The notes: a model not told the origin generated them from the letters alone. DNA of 64,000 nt from Pocillopora damicornis (GCF_003704095.1 NW_020844940.1:1-64000); one strand, 5' to 3'. Counted from the first letter of the stretch, positions 1-11,864 are shown. Made by a program: numbers and translations.

Positions 1-33
1 ATTCTTCTCTTAATGCACAGATGTCTCACTTAA

Positions 34-235
34 CCCTTTAACTCCCATGAGTGATCAAGACATAATTTCTCCTTCAAATATCTATACTGTATCAACCAGA
101 TAAGTGATGAGAATAAAGAAAAAGATCAATTGGGGATAATAAGTTGATCCAATACTAAATTCTCTGAACTTACATTATTAGAATTGTATGGTTGACAGTA
201 AGGAGAATTACAAATTTGATCTGGGAGTTAAAGGG
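34..235. mobile_element. ~200-bp TTAA-flanked (piggyBac-like) MITE
   Basis: Terminal inverted repeats ccctttaactccca / tgggagttaaaggg, flanked by TTAA (30-33) and TTAG (236-239). The same family recurs more than 10 times in the window. Confidence 0.8.
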
Positions 236-1778
236 TTAGAGTGTGAGTGATTAATCAAAATTGGGTCAGCTTTTTTATGTGCACTTGTCATCAGAAAAGT
301 AGTAAAATGATAAAAAGATTTAAAATTTCGAACTGTACAAAGTTGCTAGGCTTTCCAAGAAAAATAGTATTAAAACATATTGTATTTAAAATGAGGTGTG
401 ATTATTTGCAGGTAATAATTTTTTCTTATTTTTATTTAAGAAGCACTTTTTGACTAAACATTTTATGTAGTATGGATATTTAAGAGCTTTAACAATTTTA
501 ATTATTTTTGTAGCTAATATAACTTTACAAGGAAAATAACTTATTGCGAACAAAATGATGATGCTAGATAGAACAATTTTTGTTTTTTGTGACGCAGGTA
601 TACGTTTAAAAGAACCACCTTGGAGTTTTCTGTCTCCATCTTTCAAACATCTTCCCATCAAATTAAGCAAGATTATTTTTTTAAAAAAATATGTAATATC
701 TGGCATCAGCTAAGTTATATCCCTTGTTTTTGCCAAGTAAATAATTTCATATGTTCAGATTCAAAATCTTTGAACATTATTTGTACCTATATTTTCTTAT
801 GAAATTGTTCAAAACATTTGCAATTCAAATTTATGGTGTAACTGTAACAGTAATTTACGTGCAGCTCATTTGTACAGAAACTTATGATAAAGATTATAGG
901 AACCAGTCAAGTATTCAAAATGTATCCGGTTGGTCTCTTATGAATGAAAGTTAACGTCGAACCCTTTCTTTTGACAACTGACTCCCTCTAGTAACAACAA
1001 AGCTTACAACTTTGGTTATAAGGGTTTGAAATTTTTACCTTTGTGAATTGCATACCCCTTCACATTCCTACTGGGCTAAAGTCACAGTTGTTGTGCAAGA
1101 AATAAAGCCTCACTCCTTCTCCGAAGAGGGAAAGGATGATCAAAGACCAGACTAAGAAAAGGGCAGAAATCAATGTCGCATCCTCATGAAAAGCGAAGTT
1201 TGTATTCTTAGCGATATCCAATATAAAAAGTGTATGGGGTGGCTGAGATTTATTTTGAACTGAAATCGTATTTTTCTTTACCTATTTTTCAACCAGCAGA
1301 TTTTCTAACAGAAGCCTATGACATGTGAAACGTGAACCCCACCCGCGACCAAAGATCCGTAGAGCCGTAGAGCCAAGTTGTAGACCCCCCGTATTTCCAA
1401 ACGTGATTAGTTTCCCATCAACTTTATACCCGTACTTTGTTAACTTTTCAAGCTGAACACTTAACGATTACTTCCACTGCTAGTCTCTCATTTGGTACCA
1501 ACTCGGAGGCCTTTGCCGTGTTAGTTACTCCCTTCTATCCCTCTGCTCAGCATAATAAGCACACAGCCGGTTCTCGCAGCTTTTTTTTTTTTTTTTAACT
1601 CGGGTGTCATTCGTAAACTATCTTTTTCGGAAAAATTATTTTAAAAGGTTCAGGGGAGCGTTGATAATTGCATCTTCTNNNNNNNNNNNNNNNNNNNNNN
1701 NNNNNNNNNNNNNNNNNNNNNNNNNNNNNNNNNNNNNNNNNNNNNNNNNNNNNNNNNNNNNNNNNNNNNNNNNNNNNN

Positions 1779-2802
1779 GGTTCCAGCATCATACAAAATA
1801 GAGAATCTAAGTCAACTAAAGACCCGAACACTGAAAACATATTGCCACCACTTGGCAGGTATTCAAACAACACCACCATTTACATATTGTGTGCAGTATT
1901 TCTTGTGATCTTATCGGTGGCTATTGTGTTTAAGTTGCAAAAGAAAAATAAAGGTAGAAGTCAATCAGAAGAAACTACAGCTGATGCACCTCCATCCTTG
2001 CCAGGCCCATCATTGTCAGGCCAATCAGAGCAAGGTGATGAAGCTTGTCATATTGATTTAGGAACAAACCATGTTGTTTATCGAGGTGCCCATTCAAGTG
2101 AGATGGGAGACAAATCCCTAAACACAGTATCCGCTTTGACTCATGGGACTGAAAATAATGGTTCAGGTAATTATTGTCAAACTTATTGTTGATTGATCTA
2201 CATTTCCAAAATGTCAGCTGCTAGTGTAAAGAGTAAGAAACTGACCAAAACTGTTTGCACTCATGCACACAGCAGCTTTGAAAAATATAGTGTTAATTAT
2301 TATTCAGATTATCTCACTTCCTGTTTCATTTTTCCTCCAAAGTATGGATAAATATGGTGCCCTCATGCTTAGTAGCTAAGCATCAGCAAGAGCTGACACT
2401 AATCTGACATTTGATATATTCCCATTCTCCTTTAAGGCACCAGTTTTGATAAATGAACTCGAGGCTCTGAGTCTTGGTTTTTTTTATTTTTGTTAGTGTA
2501 TATACATTTTTTTGAAAAAATGTTACCTTTATTGTAAATATAATTACACCCATGAGTATCAACCACCACTATGGTTTTTGAAGGCTGACATTTCAGACTG
2601 TAACCCTTTGTATTGCAGTAGCTCATTCAATTTGTTTATTAGTAATTTATTATTTTATCTCAAGCAGACAGAGTTGAGGTAGAAGCACAGCTTCCAGGTA
2701 CTCCTTCTTGTATTAATGAAACACCAAGGGATTTACACCAACCAACTGACAAGAACACATTACGCCCAAACATTGTACCTTGTCTGGTGCCTGCTTCCTT
2801 GG
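1779..2802 (+). CDS. Partial TNFR-superfamily gene (stalk, TM and juxtamembrane exons), paralog of the 6389-9960 gene in inverted orientation
   Basis: Exon 1779..2166 encodes GSSIIQNRESKSTKDPNTEN...IYILCAVFLVILSVAIVFKLQKKNK...ENNGS, highly similar to the TM part of 8160-8528 on the minus strand, with donor G|gtaatt. The intron is also homologous to 7708-8159. The next exon 2665..2802 (ADRVEVEAQLPG...VPASL, G|gtgagt) is phase-compatible. The segment is bounded by N gaps on both sides. Confidence 0.7.
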
Positions 2803-2940
2803 GTGAGTGTCAGTTTTAGTGCCTAGTACTTATGAGTATTNNNNNNNNNNNNNNNNNNNNNNNNNNNNNNNNNNNNNNNNNNNNNNNNNNNNNNNNNNNN
2901 NNNNNNNNNNNNNNNNNNNNNNNNNNNNNNNNNNNNNNNN

Positions 2941-4319
2941 TCATGATGTTTTTTATCTTGCCCGCAGCAGTCACTGCATGGATGACATCCACCAGATATC
3001 TTATCCATATAGAAGCCCTTGTGACATGTTCCTAGACACTTTGTGGTATCTGATTCAGGGGTACACTCTCCAGACTTTTTCTCATGTTTGTCACAGTTTC
3101 AGCAACTTTTGCAGGTGGTGTAATCATGACTGTCTGAGAAATTTACCCCACCAATACAAGGGATACATTTTATTGGTGTGCTAATTGAGACACTAGAAGC
3201 ACAAGGCACAGTTGCTCCATGCCCCATTGGGCATTTTAACATAGTACATTTCCAGAAAATGGAATAAGTAGCATTTATTACTCGTTCTATTTCATCAGGT
3301 CCTGGCTTTCGACGTTTTTGAATATTCCCAAATGCTTCATATAAAACAACAGCCAACTGCAAAACAGTTTTTTAACTTTATTAAGAACTTAATTTATTAA
3401 CACACAAGCACATGTACACAAGCAGAGGTTATTACTTCTCAGAAATTACATGGAAAGAGAAACATCAACAACCGTGTCATTGCTATCAGAAATGATTACA
3501 GGTCTATTCCAACCAAAGTCTTAACTCCATGTCATTTTAAAGATGTAAATTTTAAGTTATTTTTACAGCAGGTCCAGACCTGTCCTTGGGGTTGCCTCAG
3601 ACTGACCTACCTCAACAAAAAGTATATGTATGTATGCATGTACACATATGTACCCATTTTTACCAGATTTTCCCAATCGTGTTCACAAAAATGTAAAATA
3701 AAAAATCAAGCACAACTAAAACTAAGGGCACAATAATATAGATATAACTGTTGCTCAAGTAAGCACGGTTATGACAGCATTCGCAATTTGGCGTTTTATA
3801 TGCGACAAATTTAACATTCACTCGAAGACAGGAGCAAAAGTAACGTAAAAAAAAAGGTTTCAGAACATGTTGTCAAGAAACTGGTTGAAAATAAGTAGGA
3901 AATACACTTTCAATTCATGATGACATTATTTTGAAGAAAAAACCTTCGCACAGCACACTACAATAAAATGATAAATTTTTTTTCGTTTCTCTGGAAGACT
4001 GTAATAGAAATCTTGATCAACGAAGGGTGCGTGAGCTTCTGAGTGAAACCCTCGCGATGAAACTTACTGCGACATAGTTGTTAGCGAGATAAGTTATGAA
4101 AAAAATCTGTAAAGCAGTTATAGATTCCGATTTTACTTTACTAAGCTAACAGAAAGCGCGTAAAGGGCGTGTGACGATAAATCAAATTACTCCATTTTCA
4201 ATCATTTTCTTGCGCGTTCTGAAACTTTTTTTAGAAATACTGTACTAATAATATTATGCTGATTTGCAACTTTAATTGTGATCACCTACCAAACAACAAA
4301 TGATCTTTGCTGTTTTCAT
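2941..4319 (-). pseudogene. TNFR-superfamily gene (3 CRDs) with in-frame premature TGA; 3' part lost in the gap
   Basis: Exon 1 4319..4290 is MKTAKIICCL|gtaggt. Exon 2 starts at 3356 (ttttgcag|) LAVVLYEAFG...KCPMGHGATVPCASS...CIPCIGGVNFSDSHDYTTCKSC*NCDKHEKKSGECTPESDTTKCLGTCHKGFYMDKISGGCHPCSDCC. The cysteine pattern continues in frame past the TGA at 3101-3099. Confidence 0.7.
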
Positions 4320-5680
4320 GATGCCGCTGCGTAGATAAGCAGACCACAGTCGTCATGCACACACAGATCTACAGAATACAATTTCAAGAGGATTTAGGTC
4401 AGCTGTTAAGAGATTTTTCGTCATTGATGGAAGTTTACATCGTAAATTTCATCATCAAGCGTACGCAAAAATTTTCTGGAGGTTAGGCGAAGCAGCAGTT
4501 TATCAGAATTGCACAAAAACTTACCTCCTTAAGTGCAAATTCTACAGCCAATATTATTTTAAACTTATGGATAGATAACTCGAGTACTGTCGCTGCTCCA
4601 AAGTTATTTACAGCCGTTGCATGGAGATTTTGCTGAGGTATCATATATGCATGAAAACGTACGTGAGATATTGCTGATCGATTACGTAAACCGTTTGTAA
4701 TGCGCCTGCGCCGATGACTTACTAAATGACGGATCATGACTGCGAGGGAGCGTGAAGAGTTTGGTTTGACATCACTTTGGATCCCACTTCGGATCCCTCC
4801 GGATCCGAAGTGATGTAATTCAACCAATTTGCGTGTTTTTAAATGAGTATGAAAAATAATATGGTGTTTTAAAATGGACGGCGAATAGCTTCCATCTTCT
4901 GAGTGAGATTCAGTGTTTCATCAGGCTTCCATGACAATTTGCAAGTTTGCAAGATGGCACAGACATAAATGTCCTATCATAGATCTCCCATACCTTTCTG
5001 ACTGCAACGATATCCAGGAGGTAGTTTTATACATACTGGTAAAACTGCCTCATGAAAAACAAAAATTCCTTGTATAGTAGTAAGGTGCAAAATTAATCTT
5101 TGATAAAGCTCATCTATAACACAATACAATATTTACTAAAAAAGTGGCTCTTGAATACATATAACTCCATCATAAGAAAAAAATTAATCTTCTCAAATAA
5201 TCACACTTCATTATTACAAGCAACATGTATAAAATTTACTACCCTATTTGAAAAGTCTAGTGATGTTAAAAGTTAAAAAATTTTAAATTTTAGAGTCAAA
5301 TTCATCATTTTACAATTATGCTGATAAGAGCACATGAAAGGGTTAATTTTGGTAAAACAAACTTGACCTTATTTTGATTCATTACGCAGTTTCACTATAA
5401 GTGAAACATCTGTGCATAAAGAGATTATCTCATATTACATAAAATGATATGATTACCAATGATTGCAGAAATTTATTGCTCCTTTTGGAATAGAAGTAAT
5501 GGTGACAAGAAAACTCTTTGAGCTTCGGTTAAAACAAAGTAAACTTTACGATTGTGACTTTAAAAGTAACATTGAACTAATATTATGCAGCCAACACAGG
5601 CAATCATTTCTAGCTAGTAGTTAATTAAAGCAAGCTACTGTAACACACACAGTTGTAACAAGTAGATGGTAAAAATTATA

Positions 5681-5939
5681 CAGCTATTTCAATTTACGTT
5701 GTTGGATCAAAGCCTCAAGCCTACAAGACAAGACTGAAGGGGAATATGGGATCTTAATGAATAATTATCGGCAAAATTAACAATGCCTTGTCCAATACTT
5801 ATTGTATTTTCAGCCTCCATGTCCATCTCGCGCCGACAACCCTGAAAGCCTAAAATTAATTCTAATCTACCCATACCGCCTTTCGGTCTTGTCCCGTACC
5901 CTTGAAGCTTTGATCCGACAATGTAAATTGAAATAGCTG
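5681..5939. mobile_element. Tc1/mariner-type MITE with TA target duplication
   Basis: ~39-bp TIR cagctatttcaatttacgttgttggatcaaagcctcaag vs cttgaagctttgatccgacaatgtaaattgaaatagctg (3 mismatches), with TA on both sides (5679-80, 5940-41). Confidence 0.8.
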
Positions 5940-6115
5940 TATATTGATTCAATGTATTCTGCAATCTACAATTGACTTGATCATCTTTAAAGAAATTCAT
6001 AGTGGAAACAGAATTCAATCAATGCCAAATGCCAGCATTTAGCTCCTAACATCAACAGTTTAAAGCTATAGCTTCACAGAAATTCTGGGTGTTAAAGGGC
6101 TCAAGATAAATAGAC

Positions 6116-6328
6116 TAAAGCTTTCAACCCTGAGAGTGAGCGGCATCTAAGTTCTCCCTTTGGTAATGCTGCTAAATTATTCATTAAGATCACAAGACTG
6201 AAAGAAATGATCACCAGCCTAGGAGGATTTCGATTGATTGTTAAACAAATTCTCCTTGTAAGTACCAAAGGAAATGTATCGAAGAGTGTGTAGAATATGA
6301 ATAACGATGTTTAGGTGTAAAGGTTTAA
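6116..6328. mobile_element. Degenerate copy of the TTAA-MITE family
   Basis: Internal motifs (ttctccc, ttctccttgt...gtacca) and worn TIRs resemble the 34-235 element. Boundaries are approximate. Confidence 0.55.
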
Positions 6329-6388
6329 GGATCATTGTAATCTTTGAAGAAAGCAACATGTATCAGATGCTATATAGTTTATGTTCCT

Positions 6389-9300
6389 CTAAATCACTCT
6401 TGAGGGCTGAATATTTTCTTGCCACTCAAACAGAATCCAGTCCTTGATTTCAGTAACAACATCATCTCTTCCCATTTCTTCAAGAATGATTTTAAATCTT
6501 TCCACACAGGTTTCTTTCTTTGAGTCAAAGTGCCGTAAGATTTCTTGTGTTTGATTACCCTTCTGTTTTAGCAACAAGATGGCATCTTTGTCCACACCAA
6601 CTTTTTCCCCAAGGAGGCGATAATCATTCCAACTTATATCCTGCAAAACATCCAGTTTCTGACAAATCTTGCAGTAAAACTGGTAACGTATCTTAGCAAC
6701 TTTTTGGCTGAGCAGAGAGTCAAGGAATTCTTGGGGAATGTCAGAAATTTGTGGGAAAGAAGCTGTTTGGTCAAAAAGCCCTGTTGTGGAGGTGGATGTA
6801 GATTTTTTCCCAAGTCCTATAACAAATAAAACAATTATGTCTATTTAGTAAATAGCTTAGTTTCAACTAGGTGGATACTGAAACTTGAAGTGGAATTTAT
6901 GGGATAATCAGAATTTAACATAATAGAGATTTAATCACCATGTCAGGGTTGTTTATTATATTCAGTTTTCCACTCCAAGATTAAACTGTACTTTAAACTT
7001 CATTTTGTTAAATGAAAAAGTTACATAGCAGTTAATTCCTCACAATTAAAGTGAACCTGTTCCTCCTAGATGCAGCTACAATCAGTGTCAAAATTAGTTG
7101 ACACATCATATTTGAAGAGTTCTGTTCATGTATAGAATAACACTCCAGAACTGTTTCTACCACACTCTAAATTATGGACAGGACCCCCCTCCCCCATTCC
7201 ATGTTGCCTGTATGTAGAAAAAAGAGCACAATATTACTGCATTCTGGCTTCTTTTTAAATTGGATACCNNNNNNNNNNNNNNNNNNNNNNNNNNNNNNNN
7301 NNNNNNNNNNNNNNNNNNNNNNNNNNNNNNNNNNNNNNNNNNNNNNNNNNNNNNNNNNNNNNNNNNNNNNNNNNNNNNNNNNNNNNNNNNNNNNNNNNNN
7401 NNNNNNNNNNNNNNNNNNNNNNNNNNNNNNNNNNNNNNNNNNNNNNNNNNNNNNNNNNNNNNNNNNNNNNNNNNNNNNNNNNNNNNNNNNNNNNNNNNNN
7501 NNNNNNNNNNNNNNNNNNNNNNNNNNNNNNNNNNNNNNNNNNNNNNNNNNNNNNNNNNNNNNNNNNNNNNNNNNNNNNNNNNNNNNNNNNNNNNNNNNNN
7601 NNNNNNNNNNNNNNNNNNNNNNNNNNNNNNNNNNNNNNNNNNNNNNNNNNNNNNNNNNNNNNNNNNNNNNNNNNNNNNNNNNNNNNNNNNNNNNNNNNNN
7701 NNNNNNNTACAAAGGGTTACTGTCTGAAATGTCAGCCTTCAAAAACCATAGTGGTGGTTGACACTAATGGGTGTAGTATAATTACAATAAAATTAACATT
7801 TTTTTAAAATATATAACTAACAAAGATAAAAAACAGAGAGACTGCATAATCACAGCCTCAAGTTCATTTATCACAAATGGTGCCTGAAAGGAGAATGGGG
7901 ATATATTAGACATGAGATTAGTATCAACCCTTACTGATGCCTAGCTGTTAAGCATGAGGTCACCATATTTAACCATACTTTGGAAGAAAAATGAAACAAG
8001 AAATAAGATAATTTAAAGAATAATTAACACAGCAACTGTATTTTTAAAAGCTGTGTACATGAGTGCAAACAGTTCTGGTCAGTTTCTTACTCTCTGATCT
8101 AACAGCTGACATTTTGGAAATGTAGATCAATCTACAATAGGTTTGACAATAATTATTACCTGAACCATTATTTCCAGTCCCATGAGTCAAACCTGGCAAT
8201 GTGTCGTCTCCCATCTCACTTGAATGGGCACCTTGATAAACGACACAGTTTGTTCCTAAATCAATATGGCAAATTTCATGATCTTGCTCTGACAATGATT
8301 GCCCTGGCAAGGATGGAAGTGCATCAACTGTAGTTACTGCTGACTGACTTCTACCTTTATTTTTCTTTTGCAATTTAAACACAATAGCTACTGATAAGAT
8401 CACCAGAGATATTGCAAACAATGTGAATATGATGGTGTTGTTTGAATAACTGCCAAATGGTGGCGATATGTTCTCAGTGTTCGGGTCTTTAGTTGACTTA
8501 GATTCTCTTTCTTGAATGATGCTGGAACCAGCACGAACGAAGGAGCTAGTGGCAGAAATGACCAAATTTGCCGTGGTGGCGAAAATCTGGGAAGGAGAGG
8601 TAACTGTTCCAGATGCAAAAATTGCATGGCTTGTTTGTGAACTTTCCTGAGGGTGCTGTAGGATTTCCACACAATGTATATCCCTCTCATAAGGAATAGT
8701 CGATCCGCAAGGGACAGATGAAGTTGAATATCCCTCAATGCATTCTGGGCAAGGGAAACAACTGTGGCATTTGCCTGTAGAATCAATTCTTTTTATCTCG
8801 CCCGTACAATCTGGGCATCGAGCCGATGCCACTCGCGCAGGGACCTAGCAAAAAGTGGTAAAATGGAGCATTAACCATAGCATAATCAGGCGTGAAAGCA
8901 ACGGTTATTAAGTCTATCAAAATATTATGTGACTATTACGACTGCTTATTTTTTGGTGCGAAATCTTTCTTTTACTTAATTTCGGAAATTCAAACTTACA
9001 TCACCAGTTCCTTGCTTTAATCATATCAGTTACGTGGCTAAAATAGCGGCACTATAGATGTAACTTATCAAATATTATAGCAGCATAAATTTATGTGGAA
9101 AAGGGCATTACAGTTTTGATTATTACACATGGTTGACAACCTCGATCGATAGAATTCTCGAATGGTCAGGACATAACATTTGCGCTTGTTCTGACCACAG
9201 TGCAGACGAAACATTCAAGGGAAATCAAACAGAATCGCAAACATAATCCAAACCCATGGGCTACGAAAAATCTATCTAAGTTTTCAAAAGTACCAGTGAG

Positions 9301-9960
9301 GCCACTAGAGAGAAGTCCTCCATCGGAAAGGTCCGCCATTGTAATGGTTGAAATCGAGGCGATAGTTGCCATGTATGCCTATGTATATGTCAGGGCATAT
9401 CATGTAAGCACGATGGATGATATGCCCTGACACAATGCAGTCCAGATATCGATATCGTCTTTCTCGACAGCAATATCATCCTAGTCAGCATTAGGGGCCG
9501 CTTGTTCGCAGGGAAGTTACTTAAATTCCATGCTAAAAACTCCATCATAGTATTTTAAAATCGTGTGTGAAGAGTTTTGATGCTTGGTCCAAATTTCGCA
9601 AATCAAAGCAAAAACTTGTAAAGAGGCGTTACCGGTAGTTAATTTTTAATGAAGGACAGAACTTAAATAGAGACAAAAAAGAAACATAGACTATTATGAA
9701 GCCAAACGAAAAATTCACTCTTATCTTGGACTACCTACGTCTTGATTTAGCAATTAGGTCTAAAGTTCATAATTCAAATTCCATTGTCGATTCTAGCACT
9801 AGAAATGTTGAAAATCGGTTCTACAAAAACTTTTAATCAAATGTGTGAAATCCCAACTAATAACCAATCATTTCTTACTTACAGTTGAGATGAGGACCAG
9901 TAAGATCGCCGCTGTCATTTTGCAGATTAAGCTTTCTTCGGGAAACGCGAAAGAAGCCAT
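6389..9960 (-). CDS. TNFR-superfamily death receptor-like protein with a single CRD, Ser/Thr stalk, TM helix and death domain
   Basis: Exon 9960..9883 is MASFAFPEESLICKMTAAILLVLIST|gtaagt (signal-like). Exon 8844..8160 carries CRD CPDC..CHSCFPCPECIEG..VPCGST..IHC, an S/T stalk and TM IIFTLFAISLVILSVAIVF. One exon probably lies in the 7268-7707 gap. Last exon 6816..6389 (tag|GA, phase 1) has the death domain ICQKLDVLQDISWNDYRLLGEKVG...LEEMGRDDVVTEIKDW. Confidence 0.8.
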
Positions 9961-10150
9961 TTTCTGCGAAAAACATAAAGTATGAGAAAATTTTTTTAAA
10001 CTATTTCCCTCAAAGTTTTAGATTGACTTGCTTCTTAGCTAATTCCTACAGCCTTGATCAGCCTAAGCATCGAGTACTACATACCTTGAGCGAGAAATGA
10101 ACTAGATACAACCATAGATTGAAGTTTATCAGAAAGAAAGGGGAAAAAAA

Positions 10151-10161
10151 GGGGTTTCCCC
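10151..10161. promoter_or_regulatory. NF-kB (kB) site GGGGTTTCCCC
   Basis: Matches the 11-bp p50-type kB consensus, ~190 bp upstream of the ATG at 9960. Confidence 0.5.
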
Positions 10162-11864
10162 TAATTTGATATTCATCACGTGTACATGAGCTAGCTCCAA
10201 CCATGTTCGACTTTTCTTCGTATTTAAAAAAAGTGGAACAGTGGATGCTCGCGAAATAAAGGCTCGACAAAAAGCGAGAGAAATTTTTGAAGATTAATAG
10301 CAAAGATGTTTAGAACTAAAATAATAATTAAATGTCAAGTGAAACAACTTGGAAAAAAAACACAATGGTATAAGATTTATTGTTACTTTTTTGGCTATGG
10401 AGGAAAAGAACTTCGGGTGACAGATCACGCATCGTATGTTAGACATTTGTGGGACCAATCGTCCAGCGAATGCAACTGTTTAAGTTCAAATTTCTTTTAA
10501 GAAAGGAGTATCGGCTTTTTGTCCAGAGATCTCAAATGATTCCAAATATTGACAAATTCTCTGAGCTTGAGCATAATTCAATATTGCTCGGTTGTCGATA
10601 CTTGTACGCTTCTGATCAGACTGCCGGGCACGGTCTCGAATGGACTAAATGCACGATAGTTAGAAATTTTCACCAAAGTGCCTCAGAAAACCTCCGTGAA
10701 ACTTCTGAAGAGTATCCGGGTTTTGGTATAGAAATGTCAAGCGATTCCAAAAATTAAATTGGTTTTAAGTGGACAATTTTTTCGAGCTCGAGAACTTCAT
10801 TAAAACCTGCTTAGTACATTCCACGTTTGTTCAGAAATGTTGCATGGTTTTTCAGCAACACTGTAAAACACATTAACATTATAGTATGCACGCGCTCGGA
10901 GATATTTGTAAAAAAAAAAATTAATTGTTAGAATCGATTGACGTTTCTAAACAAACGTCTGATGTTCCTGAGAAGTTTGAAAGAACCCTTCGGTGGAAAT
11001 TCTGTGAAAAAAAAAACTGCCGAGCATTTAGCTGTCTATTTGAGACCGTGCCTGCTGCCGAGCATTTAGTCACAGCGTAACATTAATTGATTTTTTCTTT
11101 TTTCGCCATATGCAAATGATCGTAATTTTCGAGTGATGTGACCTAAAGCACTTCCGTTTGATGTGTTTGAAGCACTTTTCGTTCGAGTCTTGTTTTGTAG
11201 ATTTGAAGCCAGTTTTGACGGAAACGCTTGCTCAGCACTATGTTGTGCTGAGCAAGCGTTTTCGTCAAAACTTCAAATTCACAAAACAAGACTAGCGTCG
11301 ACACACTCGGCTTCTTCCTTCAACAGTTCTGTCAATTTAGTTAAAATTTTCTTTTTCCGAAGTAGTATGCTTTTCTTGTATATTTTGATGTCTTGCATTT
11401 AAGATCATTTAAAGAATGAAATTTTGTTAATGTGCTTGCATCACCGCCTGAGCTGAGGACAAATCTGACTTTTGCGTACATGAAAAAAAATGTAAAAATT
11501 CCCATGAGTCAGCATGTTGTGAAGTTCAAAGGGTATTTAAAAAAAAAAAAAAGCTGGAACAATGAACCTCGCATTTCCAGAGCTTTCGTTCATTTTACTT
11601 CAGCTAAGTTAACAGGATGGGGACCAAATAGCTGCTTGAGTTTCAAATTGATTCACCGCACTGACGAAATATGTTTTTAATGGTGCATGATTATTCTCAA
11701 CCCATATTATTATTTGAACTTTTTTTTTCCTGAGGTATTAATGCTGTCTCCAAGCTAATTAAGTATTTCATTCATTGCAATTTTAGAAGTTACCAAGCGG
11801 ATTATCATTCTGGCTTTTGTGTAAAGGTTAAAAATGTCATGTCAAAATGCTGGTGGAGAAATTA

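Noticed and set aside
3099-3101. TGA as selenocysteine
   Set aside because: The position is not a conserved Cys in the CRD pattern and no SECIS can be assessed; a CGA->TGA mutation is simpler.
5707-6018. 103-aa minus-strand ORF
   Set aside because: It lies largely within a TA-flanked MITE (5681-5939) and has no recognisable protein motif.
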